DNA of 64,000 bases from an uncultured Actinomycetes bacterium (GTDB lineage Bacteria > Actinomycetota > Actinomycetes > S36-B12 > UBA5976): positions 66,108-130,107 of the forward strand of contig CAITJH010000044.1 in assembly GCA_903892635.1 (NCBI GenBank), read 5' to 3'. Positions 31,803-39,820 of this stretch are shown one piece after another (within the stretch, counting starts at the first letter, position 1; every line of letters starts with the position of its first letter). The position numbers and the translations under genes are program-made. The notes under the pieces are model-generated. The model ran no database searches. It saw only the letters and a program-made list of their open reading frames with translations, and had not been told where the DNA came from.

Positions 31803-31829
31803 TTATCACTCGGGGGTTCCGAGTGCTAA
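31803..31829. promoter_or_regulatory. CIRCE operator (HrcA site) copy 1
   Basis: TTATCACTC-N9-GAGTGCTAA compared with consensus TTAGCACTC-N9-GAGTGCTAA. Lies upstream of groEL. Confidence 0.8.
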
Positions 31830-31837
31830 TACTATTG

Positions 31838-31864
31838 TTGGCACTCTCGGGGGGTGAGTGCAAA
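31838..31864. promoter_or_regulatory. CIRCE operator (HrcA site) copy 2
   Basis: TTGGCACTC-N9-GAGTGCAAA, 8 nt beyond copy 1. Confidence 0.75.
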
Positions 31865-31924
31865 TCGAGATCCCCAAGTGCCCCGAAAACTAAGGGTTTT
31901 TCACCTTCGGCGTACCTCAGGAGG

Positions 31925-34255
31925 CTAAGGGGTAACTGTCACCAAAGTGGTTTTGTTGAACGTGGCATATGTGGCGTCGCCGTTGTTATATGTCTGGATA
32001 GAGCAGACGCCTGGGGCTTTCGCCGCCGTGATCTTGTAACTAACAATCAATTTAGTTTTGACCGTCTTTTTGCCAACTTTGGCCTTAATCGTTTTCGCGG
32101 TTGATTTTGCTTTGCAGGCTCCACTTGCCACAACGTAGGTCTGGATTCCTTGGGCAGATTTAGCGGGCACTGTGATGGACTTTTTCTTCTTAACGGTTGA
32201 TGGAATCGTCATCGACTGCAACGGCTTTGTATCTACATTTGTCGATGGGCCAGACTCTCGTGGAGTTTCCACTTGCTCCTCGGAAGTTCCGGCTGAAACC
32301 TTTATGACGGAGCTAGTTAGATTTTGTGACGATTCGTTGCCATAAATATCTGTTGGCGGAATTGCGTCAGTACTTATGGCGGGATCCAGCGTCCAGCGAT
32401 AGCAATGATTTGGGGTTGCTGTAAAAATTTCATTGGAAGTTTGCTGGCCTTCAGATCTCCAAATTGAGTTGCAGCTACCGTCAGAAATTGTTGATACTTG
32501 CCTAATTGCAATTCCAGAACTAGCTAACCCATTTAAGTCGGACGCAGACCAGTTTGGTTGCAATCGAGTGGAAGTTGCCGTTAGATCGGAAACTGGACGT
32601 CGCCAGGTTAAAACCGGACCAATGGAATCTGTCACAAAATGAATGTGGTTAGACGCAGCAGATCGATATGTGTACGCATCTATTGCCACAACTTGTAAGT
32701 TAAATTCCGAATTGTCTGGGAGTCTAACCTCGAAAATGAATGCATTATTATCAACATCGCAGGAACCAGGATCCCCAAAATCGGGAAGTCCGCTGTCCAT
32801 GCATGGGTAGGAAGGAGCTCGTTCAAGAGTTAACAAAGTTGAACAAAGATCGAATTCCCCAAAATTAATCGAACACAAATAATCTGCAGTCAATGCGGTT
32901 TGGGAATTGCCCTGATCGTCCTGTTGCCGAATCAGAAATCTCTTAACTACTGAACCATCCGGACTTGATTCGTACAATTTTTCTAATCGAGGGCGACTAA
33001 CGACGGAAGTATGGATTGCTATATCTGAATTTACGGACAACGACCCTACGTATCCAGGCGTCGGTAAGTCAAGTAAAGCGTGAGCTGCAGCACCTCCGAA
33101 ATTAACAATCCCACCATCATTAGGCGAAAGACTTGTTACGGAGGAATATTCAAGGCTCGACGTGGCATCCCCTTGATGCACCTCGTATTGAAATGTAACT
33201 TCGTTTGTTTCACTTCCGGAAACGTATCTTGCGATTGCAGTACCTGAATCTAGTTGAACTTCCAGCTCAGGTGTCCCATCAACAGCAACTGGACGATTGA
33301 ACTTGACTCGAATCGCGATGGATTGGTCAGTTGAATATGAGCCATTTGGCATCGGCGAAGATACCTTCACTACAAAAGGATTTGAATTGCTTGGAATCAG
33401 ATACTTAACAATTACAATTCCTGAACCACCAGCGCTACCAGCCTGGCCGTTTCCACCCGCTCCTCCACCACCAGTATTTGCGGTTGCTGGCGACGGGATC
33501 CCCGAGCCAGTTATCCCCGTGGCTCCGCCGCCTGCGCCACCACTTCCAGGTTGAGCGTCAGCGCCAGAGCCACCGCCACCGCCACCAAAATATTTAGTGA
33601 TGCCGTCAAAATTTGATTGGAAGCCGTTAATTCCATTCGTTGGCGCTATGTTGAATTCAAACCAAACACCATTGCCGCCATTACCACCCGAGAGATTTCC
33701 ATGAGCGACCTCTCCGGCTCCACTTGAGCCACCGTTGTTTCCAGCGTCCCCGATTTTGCAGTATCCCGGGCCCAGGAAGTTGCAACCGTTCCCGCCAACA
33801 CCGCCCGGAGCTGTCACCGAGTCTGTCGTTGTTGAGATGGATGAATCACCACCGGAGGCACCGAGTTTGGTTACGTATGAAGGATCGCCATACGCGCCAC
33901 CCAAGCCGCCCAGTCCTACGGTGATATCAACGTTGCCCGAAACTGGAAGTCCTGAGACGATAGCGCCACCGCCACCACCGCCGCCACCGCCGCCATCTGC
34001 TCCACCGCCGCCACCGCCGCCAACAGCAAGTACATCAACGGAAGTCACGCCAGCGGGGACTTGCCACGTACAAGACTCGAGAAAATATCGAATAGCGAAA
34101 TACTGACCGTTTTCTTCTAATACACCATCCTTGGGCGAACAAGGATCGCTAGCTATTGCAACCGATGGTTGCAGACCAAGTGAAGAAATACTAAAAATTA
34201 GGCTTAAAACAATGACCAGCAATGAATTGCGTCGAAGATTCAATTTGCTAGTCAT
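31925..34255 (-). CDS. Secreted 776-aa protein: N-terminal glycine-rich domain (poly-Gly runs) plus Ig-like/beta-rich modules
   Basis: Sec signal peptide (..SVAIA/SD). Motif CTWQVPAGVTSVDVLAVGGGGGGGADGGGGGGGGGG, further GGxGG blocks, then beta-rich repeats and a Lys-rich C-terminus. Confidence 0.7.
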   Translation of the reverse strand: MTSKLNLRRNSLLVIVLSLIFSISSLGLQPSVAIASDPCSPKDGVLEENGQYFAIRYFLESCTWQVPAGVTSVDVLAVGGGGGGGADGGGGGGGGGGAIVSGLPVSGNVDITVGLGGLGGAYGDPSYVTKLGASGGDSSISTTTDSVTAPGGVGGNGCNFLGPGYCKIGDAGNNGGSSGAGEVAHGNLSGGNGGNGVWFEFNIAPTNGINGFQSNFDGITKYFGGGGGGSGADAQPGSGGAGGGATGITGSGIPSPATANTGGGGAGGNGQAGSAGGSGIVIVKYLIPSNSNPFVVKVSSPMPNGSYSTDQSIAIRVKFNRPVAVDGTPELEVQLDSGTAIARYVSGSETNEVTFQYEVHQGDATSSLEYSSVTSLSPNDGGIVNFGGAAAHALLDLPTPGYVGSLSVNSDIAIHTSVVSRPRLEKLYESSPDGSVVKRFLIRQQDDQGNSQTALTADYLCSINFGEFDLCSTLLTLERAPSYPCMDSGLPDFGDPGSCDVDNNAFIFEVRLPDNSEFNLQVVAIDAYTYRSAASNHIHFVTDSIGPVLTWRRPVSDLTATSTRLQPNWSASDLNGLASSGIAIRQVSTISDGSCNSIWRSEGQQTSNEIFTATPNHCYRWTLDPAISTDAIPPTDIYGNESSQNLTSSVIKVSAGTSEEQVETPRESGPSTNVDTKPLQSMTIPSTVKKKKSITVPAKSAQGIQTYVVASGACKAKSTAKTIKAKVGKKTVKTKLIVSYKITAAKAPGVCSIQTYNNGDATYATFNKTTLVTVTP

Positions 34256-34275
34256 TACGGTATTAATGCACTGAG

Positions 34276-34938
34276 TTAGAAAAGTTTGCCAAGAAATGGA
34301 ATTACGACAAGAACTTTTCCAATTACTGAGTCTGCTTTTACTTGTGCAAATCCAGCATCGGTCTGAAGTAACACATCTTCTTGGGCAATAGAGTTCACTC
34401 GGCCCAAGATATTTTGATTTGCCTCATCGCCAAATTTTGCAACGATTAACTGGTTCTCCGAGACGTCGCCGCCTGGTGCCGCAACAACAAGTGACGAATC
34501 TGCTGATCCAAATCCTGCGCTTGATCCGACGGTTGGGTGAACCAAGGTAAGCGGACTAACAATGAATGCAACCACAATCGACGCAATAACTAGCAGCGGT
34601 ATTACAAATGGACCGAAATTGAGCTGGCGTTTTTGCGCCTTGCGTCGCGCACTTCGCGAACTCATGTCGACATGGGCTGCACCAGTTTCATTTGCCGATT
34701 TCGCCGCTTCCGGTTGTGCGTCATTAGTAACACCTAGCAGGAGGCGAGTTGTTCTGGAATCTGGTCGTCCCGTGCCACGCCAAGTTGCAATTTCTACAAC
34801 TGAGCCTGCTGGGAGTTCTCCGACGAGGAGCTTTTGTCCGTCCGGAAGATCAATGACCAGAGGAGCTTTAGGATTCGAAACACCATCGTGAACTTTAATA
34901 CCCTCGAGATTTTCATTTTCCTCATTCACATAAATCAC
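34276..34938 (-). CDS. Bitopic membrane protein; ectodomain resembles a signal peptidase I fold without catalytic Ser/His motifs
   Basis: 220 aa, GTG start sharing one base with the upstream stop (TAGTG). One TM segment. The C-terminus LGRVNSI..EDVLLQTDAG..VIGKVLVVIPFLG parallels HRIIG..WIVQGDAN..IQGVVVGKIPGIG of the neighbouring peptidase. Confidence 0.45.
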   Translation of the reverse strand: MIYVNEENENLEGIKVHDGVSNPKAPLVIDLPDGQKLLVGELPAGSVVEIATWRGTGRPDSRTTRLLLGVTNDAQPEAAKSANETGAAHVDMSSRSARRKAQKRQLNFGPFVIPLLVIASIVVAFIVSPLTLVHPTVGSSAGFGSADSSLVVAAPGGDVSENQLIVAKFGDEANQNILGRVNSIAQEDVLLQTDAGFAQVKADSVIGKVLVVIPFLGKLF

Positions 34939-35813
34939 TACCCCGAAATTTCAAAGGCAACATCAGAAACCTGCAGAGATAAAACAGATCCAATCTGGCC
35001 ACGATTTATTGTGAGGATTCCCTCAGGTGAAGCTATCTGTCCTGTAGCGAATGTGATTGTGGAAAGCACAGTTGAAGTTGAGGATTTCAAAAGCAACAAA
35101 GTTAACGTCTGATTACTGCATGCCGCACTTACATTCTTCAAAAGAATCTGATCAACCTTGAAACTGAAGGATGCAAAGTCCCAATAAGACTTGAGTTCGA
35201 CTTTCACATTTTGGTCACACGCACCAATTGCAGCGCTACCTTGGCCGTTAGATATTCCTGAAGCTCCATCAATGCCATTTATGCCATCAATTCCATTTGC
35301 TCCCGGTGCTCCAGGTGATCCCGGTGCGCCGTTCTGGCCCGCAGGACCAGCTGGCCCAGCCGGACCTGGCGCGCCATCTGCTCCAATAACTCCATTTCCA
35401 GCTGTGTAAGTCCCGTCACCGGTTATTGCGGTGCCAGGCTGACCATCCGTAGAAGTATTGCCGCTGCCAAACATAAGTCCGCCATCGTTTCCAGTGGATC
35501 CATTCGTGGAACCTGTCGTTCCGTTACCTGAAGAGGTTCCGTTCGCGCCATTACTTCCAGCATTCCCATTGGAGATCCCGGTGCGGGAAAGACCGGTCAC
35601 ATTACTAACGGTTTTCCAGTCATTCGGAATAAATCCAAACATGCGAAGCAGAGAAAGGAATAACAAGAGAACAATGAGTCGAACCAATAGACGCACGAAC
35701 CAACGTACGTTTTCATCTTCCTCAACTAGAACTCGTCGGCCATCAGCAAAATATTTATATGTGACCGGCTTTTGTCCGATAAGCGAATACTTGATCTCTT
35801 CAAATAAGGTCAT
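34938..35813 (-). CDS. Membrane-anchored collagen-like (GXY repeat) protein with C-terminal beta domain
   Basis: 291 aa. N-terminal cytoplasmic segment plus one TM, then a Gly/Asn/Ser/Thr-rich linker. An uninterrupted run GADGAPGPAGPAGPAGQNGAPGSPGAPGANGIDGINGIDGASG gives about 14 GXY triplets. Confidence 0.75.
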   Translation of the reverse strand: MTLFEEIKYSLIGQKPVTYKYFADGRRVLVEEDENVRWFVRLLVRLIVLLLFLSLLRMFGFIPNDWKTVSNVTGLSRTGISNGNAGSNGANGTSSGNGTTGSTNGSTGNDGGLMFGSGNTSTDGQPGTAITGDGTYTAGNGVIGADGAPGPAGPAGPAGQNGAPGSPGAPGANGIDGINGIDGASGISNGQGSAAIGACDQNVKVELKSYWDFASFSFKVDQILLKNVSAACSNQTLTLLLLKSSTSTVLSTITFATGQIASPEGILTINRGQIGSVLSLQVSDVAFEISG

Positions 35814-36535
35814 GATTCTCGCCTAACTCCGTCAAGAACCAGCCAGCCGCCAAAAATTACTATTCCGAGAAGAACAAGTATTTGAGGTGTGAGTAATCTT
35901 CCGATACCTGGGATCTTGCCAACGACAACACCTTGGATTTCTGTCGCGGTAGGCCGCTGGGTATCGGGCGCTGGATTTGCGTCCCCTTGAACAATCCAAC
36001 CGTCATTCGCATTACCGCCAATAATGCGGTGCGAGAAATCGGCAACTTTGGTGCCATCAAATCTTGAGCCTGTGTAGACAACAACGTCACCAAGTTTTGG
36101 AGTCTTGATGGTGTCATTGACAACCATGATTAAATCTCCTGGGTTAATTGCAGGAACCATTGATCCAGTTAGAACAACGCGTGCAGAAAATGTTTTTGTC
36201 ACACCTGCCAACATGACTGCGCCCATGAGTATTACAAAAATAACTGCAGTGATTTGACCAAACCAATTTCTTTTTTCAATCTCAAGCTGGCCACCAATGA
36301 AAGTGGCTCCGCTTAAATATTCTTCAGCATTTATATCTCGTTCAATTAAACGAGGTTTATTTGTTTCAGTATCAACATCCATCAGGATGGAAAAGTCTTT
36401 TTCGCCTTCTAATCGAAGCGTGACAAGTACGCGCATTTCCGGATCAAGTTGCTCACCGTACGGGGTAAATGAAATGCCTACGAGCCCGTCACTGTTCGTG
36501 ACGGGCTCGCGAGTACTTGCCACGCTCGAGGCCAT
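35810..36535 (-). CDS. Signal peptidase I, ER/archaeal (S26B, SipW-like) type, with ~95-aa N-terminal cytoplasmic extension
   Basis: Catalytic Ser box LTGSMVPAINPGD, His box FSHRIIG and a GDAN box, with TM helices before and after the catalytic domain. An ATGA overlap couples it to the next gene. Confidence 0.78.
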   Translation of the reverse strand: MASSVASTREPVTNSDGLVGISFTPYGEQLDPEMRVLVTLRLEGEKDFSILMDVDTETNKPRLIERDINAEEYLSGATFIGGQLEIEKRNWFGQITAVIFVILMGAVMLAGVTKTFSARVVLTGSMVPAINPGDLIMVVNDTIKTPKLGDVVVYTGSRFDGTKVADFSHRIIGGNANDGWIVQGDANPAPDTQRPTATEIQGVVVGKIPGIGRLLTPQILVLLGIVIFGGWLVLDGVRRES

Positions 36536-36555
36536 AGGGATTACTTATTATTTAA

Positions 36556-37134
36556 TTAGGCGGTTTCGATAGTGATCTTAGAAAAAATTGACGCAAGATC
36601 CCCAGAATCAGCACTGGATGTCACGTGGGTTCCGCTCGGAATGATATCGAGAACTCCATCGGTTACCCCGCTACCAGCACCAAGTGCCTCAACACTTCCC
36701 GAAGCAAGATCAGTGAGGGTTCCGTCGTTGTTTAAAGTGAATCCATATTCATAAAGTACAGTTCCGCTGTTATCGCGGACTGCTACGCGGAATGTCTTGC
36801 CGCCGCAGAGATCGAGTATTGAGTCTGTATTAATTGTGGCGGGATCTGAATTTTCAATCTTTATGTGAGCCAAATTGAACTTATTGTCTGAAGAGTTGTA
36901 CTCGGCTACAGGTGTTACTTTTACAGCTGGCGCACATGCCGTGACAGTCGTTACACCTTGACCGAACTCAACAGGGCTTCCGCTGTTGATACCAATGTTG
37001 GCGGCAAATGTGGAACCGATTACTGGAGCAAGAGCCAGAATGGCAATTCCGACGTAGATACCCTTGCGCGACTTCTTCTTTGTGGTCTCGACAGCTTCGA
37101 TCGGTTGGTCGACAACTAGTGTGCGACGTGCCAT
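36556..37134 (-). CDS. Small exported protein, paralog A (SipW-dependent-type signal peptide; candidate fibre subunit)
   Basis: 192 aa with AGGGAG SD. Basic KKKSRK stretch plus hydrophobic core ending ..GSTFA/AN, as in TasA/camelysin GGGTFA. It shares the EFGQG box, two Cys and a C-terminal ITIETA with paralog B. Confidence 0.65.
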   Translation of the reverse strand: MARRTLVVDQPIEAVETTKKKSRKGIYVGIAILALAPVIGSTFAANIGINSGSPVEFGQGVTTVTACAPAVKVTPVAEYNSSDNKFNLAHIKIENSDPATINTDSILDLCGGKTFRVAVRDNSGTVLYEYGFTLNNDGTLTDLASGSVEALGAGSGVTDGVLDIIPSGTHVTSSADSGDLASIFSKITIETA

Positions 37135-37257
37135 TACTTACTCCCTATGTCCTGGTCAATCCCCCGTGGGATAAACCGTGTATTTCGTACTTACTGAATT
37201 TAATTTAGGGACTAAATTGAATTCAGTCAAGTTAAAATTACCTTATTAGGTAACGAT

Positions 37258-37767
37258 TTATGCTGTTTCTACCGTAACTCGCGCAATATCAATGGAATTT
37301 ATGGTTCCAGTGATTGGAACAGTGATTTGGTCTATGCCCCCAGGGCCGGAGACCTCTGTTGGCATGTAGGTGATGGCAGATCCATCACTCTTTAAATCAA
37401 GGGTGTTTCCATACGCATCAAGCGCCTTAATGGTCAAGGTTTTGTTCAGGCAAGCCGCAGTATCCAAATCGCCAAGTGTGATCGATGTGGCCCGGAAACT
37501 CGAGCTTGCATTGTCATAGGTGGTACCAATTTGAACCGTTATTGAGTTGTCGCAAACCATGGTGGCTTGGCTGCCCTGGCCAAATTCGATTGCATTGTTG
37601 GTATTTATAGCTATTGAGCTGGCAAAAGTGGTGCTCAAACTAGGCAAAAATGCCAGAAGCAATGCGCCAATCCACAACTTTCGAGGATTTTTGGCCCTGT
37701 TATTGGCCTTAACAGGTGCCGTAGGTCCGTCTAGGTATGCCGAAAGCGGAGTTGAGTGTCGTGCCAT
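37258..37767 (-). CDS. Small exported protein, paralog B (SipW-dependent-type signal peptide; candidate fibre subunit)
   Basis: 169 aa with AAGGGGAG SD. Signal peptide ends ..LSTTFA/SS. It carries IAINTNNAIEFGQG, two Cys and a C-terminal VTVETA. Confidence 0.65.
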   Translation of the reverse strand: MARHSTPLSAYLDGPTAPVKANNRAKNPRKLWIGALLLAFLPSLSTTFASSIAINTNNAIEFGQGSQATMVCDNSITVQIGTTYDNASSSFRATSITLGDLDTAACLNKTLTIKALDAYGNTLDLKSDGSAITYMPTEVSGPGGIDQITVPITGTINSIDIARVTVETA

Positions 37768-37888
37768 CTGAACTCCCCTTTCATCTAAAGGAAAAAATCA
37801 CTAAACTGAATTCAGTACATACCTACCCAAATGTACAGGAAATACCCATTTATTTACGAATTTTCAGTGCAGATGCCTAAGTCGAAAG

Positions 37889-39820
37889 GTGATTAAGCAG
37901 AAAATGCCTAACTCATTCCCTTTCAGGGCTAAATTCAGACATTCTGTACCATTTCGATTGCTTAACCAATCGTCGAAAACAAGATTTGTCTTCTCTGCGT
38001 TTACATCACTTGTGTTGGTGATCACCGGGATATTAATTAATCAGGGTATTTCGAGAGCGGATGCGCAAGTATCTTTTTCCTACTTCATTGATGCCCCATT
38101 GGTTCAGAATTCGTATCTATGGACTGAGTATGAAAATTCACAATCAACACACTTGGCGAGCTTTAACAACATTCCCAAGAACTCAAATTGTTCATTTGAT
38201 AATTTTGCCGGCGCAAGTATTTCAAATAACCCAGGTGGTCGGTGCTTTACTGACGACACTTCTAATTGGGGTGGAGCGACAACGTTGGGATCTAACGCCA
38301 CAGTTGGTGGTTACACAGGATCGCAATTTGGTGGCACTACCATGCACGGGGTAGTCGAGGGGACTGGTACAACAATTTCGTTCGATCAACCGCAAAGATA
38401 CTTCGGAATCTGGTGGAGTGCAGGAAGCTACGGTAACCAACTGGCTTTCTACAGTGGGGATAAAATGGTTGGATCCACCTCTGCCGATGAAGTAATGACG
38501 AGATTGTCCGACGAAAACGCCCAGTTTAGATCAAATGGAGGTAACCAATTCTCTCGTGATCTGTATTACGGACATCCTGGAAGTTACAGCACAACTGAAA
38601 TTAATGATTGGAACCAGATTGTCGAAATAACCGACACATCAAAACTGGAAGACGCCACAAATTTCTCAAAAGGTGAACTTGATCCTGGGGAACCGTTTAC
38701 CTACATTCATTTCTTCACAGACAACGACGTAACTTTTGACAAAGTAATTATGAGTGCACCTGGCAATGGCTTCGAATTCGACAACATTGTTGTTTCAGAT
38801 GAAGTTGGATTGCTTTCAAGTGTAAATCCAAGGTTAGTCCAGCAAGGAACAGTTCTTCTGCCTACCAAAGTGCAGTTTGATCCAAACGTAACTCAAGGAG
38901 GCACGGGTCAAGCGTTTTCACAATTTGAGAGTGCGCCGACAGTTTTACCTTATAACTGTCCTGATTACCCGACTAAGTGTGTTGAGAACAACATGGGTGG
39001 CTATCCAAATTTCATTGGTTGGAATACCGAGCCCGATGGTTCAGGTACACAATTTGGAACTTTTACCGATGAAGTGTACGGCTGGCAATATTTTGACCAA
39101 GAACTTCCATCGGCCACATACGACTTTGCAGCACCCGTAACTTTATACGCGCAATGGAGTTATCGCTTTAGTTTTATGTTAAACCCTTTTGATTACAGCA
39201 GTGCGTCTAGTACTCCGTACATAAATGTGCTTGCAGGAAGTAATCTCACTCTTCCCTCGCCGGCGCCGAGAGCTGGCTTTACATTTTCAGGATGGGCAAT
39301 TGACACCACTCCTTGGTATCGTCCCCCGAGCGAGGACGACTTGATTATCATTGGTCAACCTGGAGATGAGATTGCGTCTTCACAATATACCCAAGACAAC
39401 TACGCTAATTTTTATGAAATCTGGACCCAGGGGTCTACGCCAGTTACCAATCCAGCAATACAAGCAATTTCGTCAACGATCCCTGTTGACCCGAGAGTTT
39501 CGGTAGCTAGTATTCCTAGCCTTCCGGTAGACACCGCATCCTTTAACTTGTGCGTGGTTGAAGTTACGGATATGTCAGGTACCCAAGTGACCCAGTCAAG
39601 TGACCTTTCGTTTGAAACTTCACCCGCTACAAGTTCTACTGGAGTAATAAATATTTCGGCATCATCACCAATAGCTGCAAACGGATCTCGATATATTCGC
39701 ATAACCGTTTCAGACACCTCACTCCAAAACTGCGAAACTGGAAACTCGGTGACCATTGAATTAAGTCCACTTCAACTTGGTGCAGGAAATACCGTGACTG
39801 TTCCGATTGGAAGACAATGA
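37889..39820 (+). CDS. Large secreted protein with beta-sandwich N-domain and two B-repeat-like (..F.GW..) modules
   Basis: 643 aa with signal/anchor ..GISRADA. Motifs FGIWWSAGSYGNQLAFYSG, then FIGWNTEPDGSGTQFG and FTFSGWAID resembling Listeria-Bacteroides repeats. Start is GTG at 37889 or ATG at 37904. Confidence 0.6.
   Translation: MIKQKMPNSFPFRAKFRHSVPFRLLNQSSKTRFVFSAFTSLVLVITGILINQGISRADAQVSFSYFIDAPLVQNSYLWTEYENSQSTHLASFNNIPKNSNCSFDNFAGASISNNPGGRCFTDDTSNWGGATTLGSNATVGGYTGSQFGGTTMHGVVEGTGTTISFDQPQRYFGIWWSAGSYGNQLAFYSGDKMVGSTSADEVMTRLSDENAQFRSNGGNQFSRDLYYGHPGSYSTTEINDWNQIVEITDTSKLEDATNFSKGELDPGEPFTYIHFFTDNDVTFDKVIMSAPGNGFEFDNIVVSDEVGLLSSVNPRLVQQGTVLLPTKVQFDPNVTQGGTGQAFSQFESAPTVLPYNCPDYPTKCVENNMGGYPNFIGWNTEPDGSGTQFGTFTDEVYGWQYFDQELPSATYDFAAPVTLYAQWSYRFSFMLNPFDYSSASSTPYINVLAGSNLTLPSPAPRAGFTFSGWAIDTTPWYRPPSEDDLIIIGQPGDEIASSQYTQDNYANFYEIWTQGSTPVTNPAIQAISSTIPVDPRVSVASIPSLPVDTASFNLCVVEVTDMSGTQVTQSSDLSFETSPATSSTGVINISASSPIAANGSRYIRITVSDTSLQNCETGNSVTIELSPLQLGAGNTVTVPIGRQ

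Noticed and set aside
33735-34106. 123-aa plus-strand ORF with long poly-proline runs
   Set aside because: It is the antisense reading of the poly-Gly (GGN) tracts of the 776-aa minus-strand gene. It is a shadow ORF with no independent start signals.
35191-35826. Pro/Ala-rich plus-strand ORFs (35191-35409 and 35458-35826)
   Set aside because: They are antisense shadows of the collagen-like GXY-repeat gene. The minus-strand frame has the TM segment, the repeats and operon coupling.
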